From positions 106,392,001-106,456,000 of the forward strand of contig NC_042998.1 of the NCBI RefSeq assembly GCF_006345805.1: a stretch of DNA of 64,000 bases, in the 5' to 3' direction. The DNA is from Octopus sinensis. Lineage: Eukaryota. Below are positions 12,732 through 24,760 of the stretch, one piece after another. Position 1 is the stretch's first letter. Each line of letters opens with the position of its first letter. Below the pieces are notes generated by a model. It saw nothing but the letters and a program-made list of their open reading frames with translations. It was not told the DNA's origin and did no database searches. A program made the position numbers and the translations under genes.

Positions 12732-12859
12732 ATATATATATATATACATTTACAATGGGATTCCTCAGTTTCCATCAACCAGTTTCACTTATAAAGTATT
12801 GGTCAACCCTCAGCCAGCTATAGTACAGGGCAACAGCTGATAGTGTACACACAGTAATT

Positions 12860-13215
12860 GTCTCCCGATCAAATAGTTCCAGGTTCAATCATACTGCCGG
12901 GCGTCTTGGTCATGTGTCGTCTATTATAGTCCCAGACCTTGTGAGTGGATTTTGTAAGACGAAAACTGAAAGAAGTCTGTCATACATATATACAGAATGT
13001 GTGTGAGTGTTATTTTATTTGCCTTTGTCCCCCAACCGCTGCTTGACAATTGGTGTTGGTTTGTTTATGTCCTTGTAAATTAGTGGTCCAGCAAAATAGA
13101 TCAATAGTGTCAGTACCAAACCTAAAAATAATTGCTGAGGTCAATTTGTTTAACTAAGCCCTTAAAAGCAATGCCCCAATGTGACCACAGTCCAATGACT
13201 GAAGAAAGTACAAGA
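12860..13215 (+). mobile_element. CORE-like tRNA SINE, decayed
   Basis: Same body and tail as 6021-6380. Confidence 0.65.
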
Positions 13216-13314
13216 TATATATATATGTCCACCTTCCTTGCTGGCATGGGTTGGACGATTTGATAGGAGCCTGCCCCAGACTTCTGTGTCTGTTTATATA
13301 CTTATATATAATGT

Positions 13315-13640
13315 ATGCATGTGGATTAGTGGTTATGTTATTTGGCTCATGATCGTAAGGTCATGAGTTCAATTCCCAGCAGCGAATTGTGTCCTTGAGA
13401 AAAGACACTTTATTTCACATTGGTCCAGTCCACTCAGCTGGCAAAAATGAATTGTACCTGTATTTCAAAGGACCTGCCTTGTCATATCCTGTGTCATGCT
13501 GAATCTCCCTGAGAACTATGTTAAGGGTATGCATGTCTGTGGAGTGCTCGGCCACTTGCACATTAATTTCACAAGCAAGCTGTTATGTTGACCAGATCAA
13601 CTGGAAAGCTTAACATTGTATTGGCAGAGTGCCAGTTTGA
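13315..13640 (+). mobile_element. tRNA-derived SINE (different tail family)
   Basis: A/B-box-like TAGTGG...GAGTTCAATTCC, then TTGTGTCCTTGAG...CACTTTATTTCAC. Confidence 0.7.
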
Positions 13641-13651
13641 TATATATATAT

Positions 13652-14035
13652 ACTAGCAGTATCGCTCGGCGTTGCTCAGGTTTGTAAGGGAAATAACTAT
13701 AAAGCATTTTTAGAGAGTTATAGCCAAAAATTAGCAAAAAAATGGGAAAAAAATGATGGTAAATTTTTTTTGAGAGTTAAAAAAGGTGGAGTTGCGTCCC
13801 CTAGACGGTCTGTGGTTTGGGTTTCTGATTCTCGACCCCATGTCGAATTTATCGATTTTTTTCAGAACTGGGGGAACTTTTCAAAATTTTCGCTGCGTTA
13901 GTTTTGAATTATGACATTGGGCTATGTGTGTGTCAAGTTTCATCAGAATCGGTTGAAAGCCGTGGTCAGAGTGAGGGTACGAGAAAACAGACACACAGAA
14001 AACGCACAGACAAACTGCCGTTTATATAGAGAGAT
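13652..14035 (+). mobile_element. non-autonomous Helitron/Helentron-like element in (TA)n
   Basis: 5' ACTAGCAGTATCGCTCGGCGTTGCTCAGG; 3' ACAGACACACAG...ACAAACTGCCGTTTATATAGAGAGAT; both ends in TA runs. Confidence 0.65.
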
Positions 14036-14537
14036 ATATATATATATATATATATTACAGATATAGGGTGAGATATTTTACTCCCCTACGACAAAACTAC
14101 GAATCTTTTTTTTGGCAGTACTATTTTGTGACTCACGTGGTAGAATTCTGGAGGGAAATACGAATACACTTGTCTATATAAATGTGGATATGCTGGTTGG
14201 CCTTTATATCTTTCGATGTCGCTTGGTCGAAAATATAAAAGGTAAGTTTTCCTAGCATTTCTAGATTTATGGGATACATTTTGTTGATAAGGAAATGAAC
14301 CTTACGATTCTAATCCAGAAACATACATCCATAATTAATCCGAAGACTGTGTGATTTCATTGTTTTTCTTCTTTTTTTGCCATATGTGAGTTACAAATAT
14401 TGTTGTCTGTGGAGACTTATTTTTGTAGTAAAAGGAAATAGTAGTCTGTTGGCTGCTATTTCTAATATTTTTGGTATGTGGTTTAAGCAACTTGTTGCAA
14501 AAAACCCTTATTATTATATATATATATATATATGCCC

Positions 14538-14930
14538 AGGCATGACTGCATGGCAAGAAGCTTGTTTCCTAACCATATGATTCCGGGTTCAGTCCCACTG
14601 CATGCCACCTTGAGCAAGTGTCTTCTACTATAGCCTCAGGCCAACCAAAGTCTTATGAGTACACTTGGTAGATGGAAACTGAAAGAAGACTACCACATAT
14701 ATATATGTATATCTATGTGTCTGTGTCTTTGTGTCTGTCCCCCAACCATCGCTTGACAATGATGTTGGTGTATTTACATCTCTGTAACTTAGCTACCTGG
14801 AAAAAAATACCAACAGAATAAGTCCTAGGCTTACAAAGAATAAGTCCTCAGGTTGATTTCTGTGACTAAAATCCCTTTAAAGCGGTGCTCCAGCATGGCT
14901 GCAGTCAAATGACTGAATCAAGAAATAACA
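14538..14930 (+). mobile_element. CORE-like tRNA SINE
   Basis: GGGTTCAGTCCCACTG...ACCTTGAGCAAGTGTCTTCTACTATAGCC; tail GACTGAATCAAG. Confidence 0.85.
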
Positions 14931-14932
14931 GA

Positions 14933-14933
<1 letters not shown>

Positions 14934-15018
<85 letters not shown>
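14934..15018. repeat. (GATA)n microsatellite
   Basis: About 20 perfect units. Confidence 0.95.
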
Positions 15019-15019
<1 letters not shown>

Positions 15020-15609
15020 CACACACACTGGTTTATCATTAGTATTTCACTTACATCTTTGTTACATGTATGTCATATGCATCCATTTAAGTAAGGGCTA
15101 CACTGTTAAATGAACTCCCATTGTATGCACCAATAATGATATAACAGTTTCAAATTTTGCTATAATGCCAGCAATTTTAAGGAAGGGTGAATTACATCAC
15201 AACCAGTGTTCAACTGGAACTTCCAAAATGATGGAAAAACAAAGACGACCTCAGCAGAATTTGAACACAAAACGTCAAGAGTTGGGGAAAATACCACTAA
15301 GCATTTTGTCTAACTCACTAATAATTCTATGAGCTTGATGCATCAGTAATATTCCATGTTCCTAGCTGTCATATGTCAAGTCTGAATATTGACTTCTGAA
15401 AGAATTAGTCTCACTGGTGGCCTTCATACATTATTGTGATATCTATAAAGCACATAATAGATAAGATAGTTTCTTGTTTCAGAAATACTACAAAAAAAAA
15501 AATAAATAAATAAATGTATGGCCAGTTTGGCACCATCTAGACTGGAACTCAAAAATGCAAGTTTCCTAGTCAGATGCAGAGCAACTGATCTGATCATAGA
15601 ATATTGTCA

Positions 15610-16140
15610 CCATAATTCTCTCTCCCACCACTACTTCCAATTATTAATTTTACCTCTCTACTTTCTCTTTATCTTTATCTCTCTATCTATCTATCTATGT
15701 ATCTATCTGTCTCTCTATCTATCTATCTCTCTATCTCTTTTTCCCTCTCCCTCCAACACTCTTTTTTGCTCTCTCTGCTCTCACTCTCTTTTTTCACTTA
15801 CACTCTCTCTCATCCCTCACTCTAATCATCTCTCTCTGTATCCCCTTCTCTCTACCTCTCCTCCAATTCTCCCAATACAGTTCTCTCTCATCCCCTTTCC
15901 CTCACTCTCCAGCTTTCTTTCCTACTCTCTCTCTCTGTCTTTCCCTCTTCTTTCTCTCTCTCTGTCTTTCCCTCTCTCTTTTTCACTTACACATATACTC
16001 TCTCATCTCTACTCTGTCTATTCCTTTCTCTCATTCCTCCATCTCTCTAGCCTTTCCTCTTTCTCTGTCCCCCTCTTTCTCTCTCTTTCTCTATCTCTCA
16101 CTGTAATTTCTTTCCTTTCCTGTCACTCTCACTCTTTCAA
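15610..16140. repeat. long CT-rich polypyrimidine low-complexity tract
   Basis: ~530 bp with almost no G on the + strand. Confidence 0.9.
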
Positions 16141-16769
16141 TATATAGAAGTTCATGAGCTCAGCATTTTGTCTCCAGTTTGGAAATTTAATTAAAATGTA
16201 AAACACAGAACAAATCAGAGACAAAATTTCCCATTCCACTGTTTTTTTTTTGTTTTTTGGGGTTTTTTTTCTTTCCAGAAAATCAATGACTGACGTTTTA
16301 GTATATTTTTTTTATATTTTTCTTTTCCCAGATTTAATTTTTATGTTTGTTTAGACTGTCAATAGTATTTTTTTCTTTTCTTTAATGGTAGCAGATGGTT
16401 TAAGAAAGTCCTGTTTCTTCTTCACTATTTATTTTCTTTAGTTCTTTTTTCCTTCACATTTTCACTCCTACACCTAAACACACATACATAAACATACTCA
16501 CACACACACGCACACATACATACATATGTATGCTCACACACACTTGTGCATGCGTGCATGCCTATGTGCTTGTGCACGAAGGCAAAGAAAAGTTTGAATA
16601 AGTCATAGATCCAGCAAAATTCAGAATTCCCTGTCAAATAAATTATAATCCATATATTAGTCTCTATGAAAACATTAAGCCTTATACTTTTTCCATCAAT
16701 GTTCATTGAGTTTATGCATATGAAAACAGTTATTCTCAACAATACATACATACATACATACATGCAATA

Positions 16770-17000
16770 TACTGTGCTTGAGAAGACTTGTCAAGCCAAG
16801 TGAGATTGTAGTCATGGCCAATGCTGGTGTTTCGTAACTGGCATGTATGCCAGGGAAACATAAAAAGCACCTACTACACTCATGGAGTAGTTGGTGTTTG
16901 GAAGGACATCCAGCTGTAGAAGCCATGCCAAATCAGATTGAAACCTGGTGCAGCTTCCCAGCGTATCAGCTTTAAGCCAAACCATCCAACTCATGCCAGC
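16770..17000 (+). mobile_element. RTE LINE 3' end copy
   Basis: TGTGCTTGAGAAGAC (ORF2 end) followed by the conserved tail. Confidence 0.7.
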
Positions 17001-17900
17001 ATAGATTGGATAGTTTATATATATATACATACACACACACACATACGTATTTTATGTGTGTTTGTGTGTGTGTATGAGTGTATGTATAGCCTTGGTCAAA
17101 AATATGGGGTAGGTATGAAAAAATAGAGAATTGAATTAAGCTGGCGCATGGGGAAATGAAGCTGTACAGCAGAGATACAAAAATTTCACAAACTCAGGGA
17201 AGAATATCGATGTTGCATGAACAACAGTCAGACCAAGAAAGACAGAGCAAGCTTGGCCCATCAGTCACATGAGAAGAGAAGAGAGAGAAGTAGAAGCAGA
17301 GGGACAGAAGAATTAAGGAGGGGCAGTCCGTTTTTTTTCCGTCCTTGTTTTTGTATACATTCACTGCATTCTTCCAAGGAATCTAATGCTCTAAGCTTAG
17401 TTTTTCCTTGGGGCTGGCCAGATTGGAGCAATCTCAAGAATAATCAACCAAAATTGAGAGGATAATCTGTACTTGACTGAAGAAAGAAAACTTTGAATGT
17501 CCCATCCTTGTTTTCTTTGTATCATCTATCTGGATGTTTTGTTGTCCCTTTTTGTATCACCTAGCTGTCCAGATGTTTTACGTTCTTGACCCATTTTGTA
17601 TTTATATATATATATATATATACTTAAATATAAGAGAGTAACCACTATGTGGTCGACTCTAGCACTAAAAATAGATCCGTTAGGTTTCAGCCACGAAGAA
17701 TTGTTTCCGATGAAAGTTAGCACGACTACTAGCGTTTTTATGCACTAAGCCACTTGGTGTTAAATGGATGTACTATTAAATTAGTATCCAATTTCTCACC
17801 CTTATTTGTTGATTATACACATATATACATATATACATATATATAGCAGCATACGTACACTTTGTTCTCTTAAATATATATATATATATATATATATATA

Positions 17901-18977
17901 CAGTGAAGAATTCCGAGTAGAGGTTGGGGTCCACCAAGGTTCAGTCCTCAGCCCCCTCCTATTTATCATAGTCCTCCAGGCAATAACGGAAGAATTTAAG
18001 ACAGGATGCCCCTGGGAGCTCCTATATGCTGATGACCTTGCCCTAATTGCTGAGTCTCTATCAGAACTGGAGGAGAAGTTTCAGGTGTGGAAACAAGGAT
18101 TAGAATCGAAGGGCCTTAGAATCAACCTAGCCAAAACCAAAGTCCTAATAAGTAGGAAGGTGGACCAACCACAAACGACTTCAGGTAGATGGCCCTGCTC
18201 GATCTGTAGAAAAGGTGTAGGTAGAAACTCTATAAGGTGCACCAAGTGTAAGCTATGGACACATAAGAGGTGCAGCAATGTCAAGGTAGGCTAACTGGGA
18301 AGATAGTTTTTGTATGTGGCAGATGCTCAGGAGAAATAAACACTGGAAATGTGCAGAGACCAACTTCTACCACGTTCCAGGGAGACAAACTAGAAGTAGT
18401 TGATAGCTTCCGCTACCTAGGAGACCAAGTTAGTAGCGGGGGTGGGTGTGCTGAAAGTGTAACTGCTAGAGTAAGAATAGCCTGGGCAAAGTTTAGAGAG
18501 CTCTTACCCCTGCTGGTGACAAAAGGCCTCTCGCTCAGAGTAAAAGGCAGACTTTATGATGCATGTGTACGTACAGCCATGCTACATGGTAGTGAAACAT
18601 GGGCCGTGACTGCTGAGGATATGCGTAAGCTCGCAAGAAATGAAGCCAGTATGCTCCGATGGATGTGTAATGTCAGTGTTCATAATCGTCAGAGTGTAAG
18701 TACCTTGAGAGAAAAGTTGAACCTAAGAAGCGTCAGTTGTGGTGTGCAAGAGAGACGGCTGCGCTGGTATGGTCATATGACGAGAATGGCTGAAGATAGT
18801 TGTGTGCAAAAGTGCTACACCCTAGCAGTTGAGGGAACCTGTGGAAGAGGTAGACCCAGGAAAACCTGGGACGAAGTGGTGAGGCACGACCTACGAACTT
18901 TAGGTCTCACCAAGGAAATGACTAGAGACCGAGACCTATGGAAGTATGCTGTGCGTGAGAAGACCCGGCAAGACTAG
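17901..18977 (+). pseudogene. RTE-clade LINE ORF2, 5'-truncated: RT domains 4-7, PHD-like finger, C-terminus
   Basis: GVHQGSVLSPLLF, LLYADDL (YADD 18025-18036), FRYLGD, LHGSETW, RLRWYGH, GRGRPRKTW; only one 1-nt frameshift near 18285; stop at 18975-18977. Confidence 0.95.
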
Positions 18978-19968
18978 TCAGGCCATAACCCGTGGCCCCT
19001 ACCTGGGACGTAGTCAGTCCACCTGTGCATACCTTCCTTCTTGTGACACTTGTGAAGACCTGTTGAGGCAAGTGAAAATCAAAAATCAAATCAAACAAAA
19101 TCAAAATAGATGAACATCAATGGAATTTGTGGTACCAGTGCCAGTGGCACACAAGAATACCATCCGAACGTGGCCGTAGCCAGTACCGCACCGACTGGCC
19201 TCCATGCTGTGGGCACGTAACAATCACCATCCAATCATGGTCGATCGCCAGCCTAATCTGGCTCCTGTGTCGGTGGCACGTAAAAAGCACCATCCGAGCG
19301 TGGTCGTCTGCTAGCCTTGTCTGGCACCTGTGTCGGTGGCACATAAAAACACCATCCGAGCGTGGCCGTTCGCCAGCCTCGTCTGGCACCTGTGTCGGTG
19401 GCACATAAAAACACCATCCAAGCATGGTCGTCTGCTAGCCTCGTCTGGCACCTGTGTCGGTGGCACATAAAAACACCATCCGAGCGTGGCCGTTCGCCAG
19501 CCTCGTCTGGCACCTGTGTCGGTGGCACATAAAAACACCATCCGAGCGTGGCCGTTCGCCAGCCTCGTCTGGTACCTGTGTTGGTGGCACATAAAAAACC
19601 ATCCGAGCGTGGCCGTCTGCCAGCCTCGTCTGCCAGCCTCGTCTGGCACCTGTGTCGGTGGCACATAAAAACACCATCCGAGCGTGGTCGTCTGCCAGCC
19701 TTGTCTGGCACCTGTGTCGGTGGCACATAAAAACACCTTCCGAGCGTGGCCGTTCGCCAGCCTCGTCTGGCACCTGTGTCGGTGGCACATAAAATCACCC
19801 ACTACACTCTCGGAGTGGTTGGCGTTAGGAAGGGCATCCAGCTGTAGAAACACTGTCAGATCTGACTGACCTGGTGCAGCCTTCGGGCTCCCCAGACACC
19901 AGTTGAACCGTCCAACCCATGCTAGCATGGAAAGCGGACGTTAAATGATGATGATGATGATGATGATG
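18978..19968 (+). mobile_element. 3'UTR and (GAT)n tail of the RTE LINE
   Basis: Continuous from the ORF2 stop to CCATGCTAGCATGGAAAGCGGACGTTAAA(TGA)n. Confidence 0.9.
19158..19795 (+). repeat. 62-bp tandem array (8 near-identical plus 2 diverged units) inside the LINE 3'UTR
   Basis: Unit starts at 19158, 19225, 19288, 19350, 19412, 19474, 19536, 19597, 19672, 19734. Confidence 0.95.
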
Positions 19969-20186
19969 ATATATATACATATATACACGCACACACATAT
20001 ATATAATTATAAGAACCAAGGATCTAAGTGTAGGAAGTTTGTAAGCATTGAACAGTCCATGGTATGTATAAAAAGCAATTTCCAGGAACGTATGTGTGTG
20101 TGTGTGTGTGTGTGTGCATGTGTGTGCGTGTGTGTGCATGTGTGTGTGTGTGTTTGTGTGTACATGTATCTATATATGTGTATGCA

Positions 20187-20525
20187 TGTGCTACTCTTTG
20201 AATTCACAGATATATTTCTGTGCCCAGATTTCCATCATTCTCTACAGAGCTTCCAAGGTAAATGAAAGAATCAACAACCTCAAGTAACTTACCCTTAACA
20301 AAAATTGTTGGTGGGTTGCAAACAGCACCACATGCAAGTTGATGCATTACAACTGTTTCTTTTCAAATTGATGGTCAAGCCAAAATCATCACAAGCTGAG
20401 TCAAATACAGATACAAGAGATTGCAGACATGTTTCAGAATGACTGATGTCATTGCAATCATCAGCATATAAGAGTTCCTTAATGACAGCATAACTTTCAT
20501 GTAATTAAGGTAACTCCTGTCTGAT
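20187..20525 (-). pseudogene. RTE (BovB-like) RT fragment
   Basis: KELLYADDC...FGLTINLK...LEVVDSFIYLGS on minus strand. Confidence 0.85.
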
Positions 20526-20630
20526 GAGCAGCTAGCTGAGTACCCCTTGTTGAGTAATTATTACATCAGAGGATCTGCTAGCAAGGAAGCATATGTAGCC
20601 TGGTATTTACCTGCTCCGCTCCCTCAATTT

Positions 20631-20663
<33 letters not shown>

Positions 20664-21289
20664 AGAAAAAAGCAACAAGAATGGATTAGTTTTTCAGTAC
20701 AATTGTTTCATACGAAGAACAGCTTTATTAAAAGCTGCAAATATTGCAGCAAATACAAGTGTCCCGTACTCATCAGCCAAAACACATATGAGTTCTCCAA
20801 ACATCTTAGTGGGTGAGGCTACACTCATGAAGTATCGAAGAGAGTTCAATAAAAAACAAATTTAGATTGTAAGCAGACTTCCAAAATTCTCTAATGATGC
20901 ACAGTTTTATAAAAAGTTTTAGAAAAAGCTTGTTAGCTTCACAGAAAAGGTAAATCCATCCATAATATTGTAGGTGTAATTTCCGGAGATATGAGGAGAT
21001 ATTTCATACTCAGAGACGATGATTTTATCCATATTTTATCCATAATAAAGTGGGTATAATTTCCTGATATATGAGAAGATACTGATCACACTTCTGTTCA
21101 TTTCACAGATCTACTATGTTAGAATTATAATGGTTAAAGGAATTTAGTGGAGCAAAATTCCTTCAACTAACACTATCTCCTCCGAGACCCTGCAGGACAA
21201 GTTGACCAAAATTGAGAGTATGATAGAAGAAGGCTTGCTCTTCCTTCCACAGAAGAAAAAATTCAAATCGGACCATGTTAACACCAAAA

Positions 21290-21502
21290 ATTATTTACAT
21301 CAAAAAGGTGCTTTTTTTCTATGAAAATCCCTATTTTTTACGATTTTTTTATTGCTCTGTCGCCATTTCTCGGTGTATTTCAACCAGAAACATGTTCACT
21401 TAAAGAGAATAACAAGCTACATAATGCAAAATTTTTACTTTTCAAAAATTCCAATTCTAAAGGGTCGAAACAAACCCGAGCAACACGGGGTGATTCTGCT
21501 AG

Positions 21503-21503
<1 letters not shown>
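21290..21503 (-). mobile_element. 5' end of a Helitron/Helentron-like non-autonomous element
   Basis: Minus strand starts ACTAGCAGAATCACCCCGTGTTGCTCGGGTTTG, like 13652; abuts (TA)n. Confidence 0.6.
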
Positions 21504-21580
<77 letters not shown>

Positions 21581-21594
21581 ATACACACACATAT

Positions 21595-21798
21595 ATATGC
21601 AAGATTAAAATCAATAACAAGTTAAAAGCAAAGCTAGTCTTGTAAACATTACTGACTACACATACTCAATGTATGTGTTTTGTTTGTTTGCCAGTTTGCT
21701 GTGGTATAGTACTAGGGAAATAACTCCCTCATATATGCTGGGTGTTAAAACACTTGGGAGTCATAGACAGGAGAGACAATTTGCATTCAAATGAATTC
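21595..21798 (-). repeat. inverted partial copy of the 333-bp unclassified repeat
   Basis: Reverse complement of 23145-23330. Confidence 0.85.
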
Positions 21799-22131
21799 AT
21801 CCTTCAAAACACTATTCTTGTTTTCTTGGCTCCAAGACTGTTTGACTCCGTCCACTGTCCAAAGTCACACTCTGTGTCATTTTGCCCGTTTTGTTTCATT
21901 TTGTTTGCTCTTGTCCCTAATTCTAGGCAAGAAAACTTTTTTTTTTTTTTTTGCAGGCACCACCAGTTGGGAAGCACTTAGTCTTATTGTGAAAGGTGCG
22001 AAACTGAACAGTACCACTGGTCAATAACTGATGATGAATTATGGACTTTCTGTTTATCATTTTTACATTCAGTATACATTACATTGTTTATTTATACATT
22101 TTTCATAAATATATGTGTGTGTGTATGTATG

Positions 22132-22174
<43 letters not shown>

Positions 22175-22542
22175 ATAGAAATGGCAAGACAACAAAAGAA
22201 TGAAAGAGACCTAGATATTATGTAAATAGAGGAATTTTTGTGACATATTATATATATATATATAGAAAATTGAGAAAACTTTTGGTCCACAAACAAACAA
22301 ATTGAACCACATCGGTTGAATATTTTTTAATACAAAACATGACAACACTTATATACACACATAAATATATATATACACACACACACACACATACACATCA
22401 CATGTGTGTGTGTGTGATATATGTGAGTATATATGAAAATTCTAAGTACAGCAAAATATCAAAGCTAACCAGTATAATATATACCTATAAGAGCTATTAA
22501 ACCTCATTGGCTTATTCAAATAGACACACACACACACAAACA

Positions 22543-22581
<39 letters not shown>

Positions 22582-22991
22582 TTACCATGCCATATTTAAA
22601 TGAAATTTCAAGTCGTGGAAACTAGATCTGCTTGATATTAGATAATGGATGACCACAGCATCCATTCTATTTAGTTTAAAGTAGAATAATTTTCAACTCT
22701 GTCATGTCACTGACACAACATGATAAAACAAACAAAATAAATATATAAACAAACAAATGAATAAATTAAAGCAAAATAAATGATCTAAACAGTTAGTGAT
22801 TGTTACTAGGAATTTGAAGAGGTGATCAATCTTTTTCTTCTTCTCAGTTAGAAGTATAAATATAGAAGTGTTTTATCATAGCTTTCTTCTTTGTTTTTAA
22901 ATACACACATGCAGAAAACACACAGGTGCATACACATGCATGCACATACACCCATATGCTGTTTTTAATCCGTTTTTGAATTTAACCATAC

Positions 22992-23601
22992 CTATGCATC
23001 ACTGTGGTGTACCAGCAAATAGTTCTTAAACCATTTATATACAGTCATTGACTCGTGATTCTATTTGTTCCTGGTTCAATTCAGCTACATGATGTTGGTA
23101 AGCCACAAAGATGGCAAAATACCGGCATCCATCACTCCTGAATTCATTTGAATGCAAGCTGTCTGTCAGGTGTTTTATCACCCAGCATATATGAGGGAGT
23201 TATTTCCCAAGTACTATACCACAGCAAACTGGCAAACAAACAAAATACATACATTGAGTATCTACAGTCAGTAATGTTTACCAGACTAGCTCTGCTTTTA
23301 ACTTGTTATTGATTGTAATCTTACATATGCATTTCTGTAGCACACCAGCAAATAGTTCTTACAGTATTTATATATATTATTGACTGGTGGTTCTATTCGT
23401 TCCTGGTTCAATTCAGCTACATGAAGTTGGTAAGCCACAAAAATGGCAAATTATTGGCATCCACTACTTCTAAATTCATTTGAATGCAGGCTGACTCTCC
23501 TGGCTATGACTCTCATTCAGGTGTTTTAACATCCAGCGTTAAAAGGGATTCACCCCCTAAGCACTCTGCTGCAGCAAACAAACAAAACACATATATTGAG
23601 T
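22992..23601 (+). repeat. diverged tandem repeat, ~333-bp unit, ~1.8 copies
   Basis: CCAGCAAATAGTTCTTA...GTTCCTGGTTCAATTCAGCTACATGA...ATTCATTTGAATGCA occurs twice, 333 bp apart. Confidence 0.85.
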
Positions 23602-23633
23602 GTGTGCAGTCAATAATATATATATATATATAT

Positions 23634-23890
23634 ATCATCATCATCAACGTTTTACATTCACTTTCCATGCTGGCATGGGTTGGACAGTTTGACATGGAGT
23701 TGGTTAGCAATGCTGTCCAGACTCCAATTATCTTTTGTGGCATGACTTCTATGGCTGGATGCCCTTCCTAATGCCAACCACTTAACAGAGTGTACAGGAT
23801 CCATTTTACATGCCACCAGCACAGGTGCATTTACGCAGTACCAGCACAGGTGCATCAACACAGTACTGGCATGGGTGTTTTTTAAGTGCC
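23634..23890 (-). mobile_element. RTE LINE 3' tail copy
   Basis: (CAT)n plus antisense conserved tail. Confidence 0.75.
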
Positions 23891-23911
23891 ACACACACAC
23901 ACACACACACA

Positions 23912-24690
23912 TATTCTATAGAACACCTTGGTGGAATTGAAATTACACAAGTTTGAACCCAGTTGGCAGAGCTGCTTGAGAGCATGGCAACAGTCATGGT
24001 GCCATTTACCTAGCCTCATTCTGCTTCATTCATGATTGAAGTTTAGTCAATGAGACAAGCTATGGAAAAGCACATCTTACAAATGGTGACCACACCTAGT
24101 CACTGTCATCTATGAAATGCTGGAGATGTCGCAGTCTCAGCACATGTCTGTGCATCATCAACCACGGCAAACCAGCCCTCCATTTAGTGGATGTTGACAG
24201 AAAATGGATCACTAACCATCAGAACGCTTCCCTTCCACAAAAAAAAACCCCAGAAGAGTATAGTATGCATTCCAGTTTCATAATGGTAGGTTGGGGACCA
24301 GGCACAATAGTCAGATGGTAGTAGATAACAGATGTGATGTATGCATTTGCCACTTCAGCCCAACCTTTTAGAGATGGCTTCCTCTCAGCCCATAGCTGGG
24401 TGAGAGAAACTACCCTATTCGTTATCTCATCCCAGTACTCTATTTAGAGGTCTGGACTGAACCAGACCCCAGGCAAGTTAACCGGTCCATAGGTCCTGTG
24501 TCCCACGATGGAGATGTTCTTGGATGGCGTGGGCTTGCTTTTCCAGGTGCCAAGCTGCAAGCCCACTGACTTTTCTGGATTAATTTTTGCTCCCATTACC
24601 AATTCGTATTCTCTTAGTGTCTTGCCTCCAGGTCAATATGCCTGATTGACACTATGATGGTGACATTGTCCACGTATGCAGACAGAAAGA
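23912..24690 (-). pseudogene. Tx1/L1-clade LINE RT fragment
   Basis: SAYVDNVTIIVS, YELVMGAKINPEKSVGLQLGTWK, AEVANAYITSVIYY; decayed. Confidence 0.75.
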
Positions 24691-24760
24691 TAGAAAGATG
24701 GATGGATGGACAGACAGACAGATGGATTGACAGACAGATAGACAGATAGATAAATAGGTA

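Noticed and set aside
12426-12778. Two near-identical ORFs on opposite strands
   Set aside because: Consequence of the DNA palindrome; no evidence of coding.
15518-16147. 209-aa Ser/Leu/Phe-rich ORF
   Set aside because: CT tract cannot generate stop codons; compositional artefact.
17477-17503. CTGAAGA-AAGAAAACTTT-GAAT-GTC hammerhead-like string
   Set aside because: GAAT instead of GAAA and no helix I pairing in this copy; revisit only if a family consensus restores it.
19158-19795. CRISPR-like look of the 62-bp array
   Set aside because: Units are contiguous with no unique spacers, no cas genes are present, and the array lies in a eukaryotic LINE 3'UTR.
19117-19928. Long repetitive ORFs on both strands across the array
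   Set aside because: By-product of a GC-rich tandem unit cycling through frames; no protein signature.
20521-20545. CTGATGA followed by a short stem
   Set aside because: No GAAA or helices I and III; not a hammerhead.
22586-22709. Minus-strand exon candidate with GTAAGT donor
   Set aside because: With the strong acceptor all three frames have stops; an open frame needs a weak acceptor. Unsupported without RNA data.
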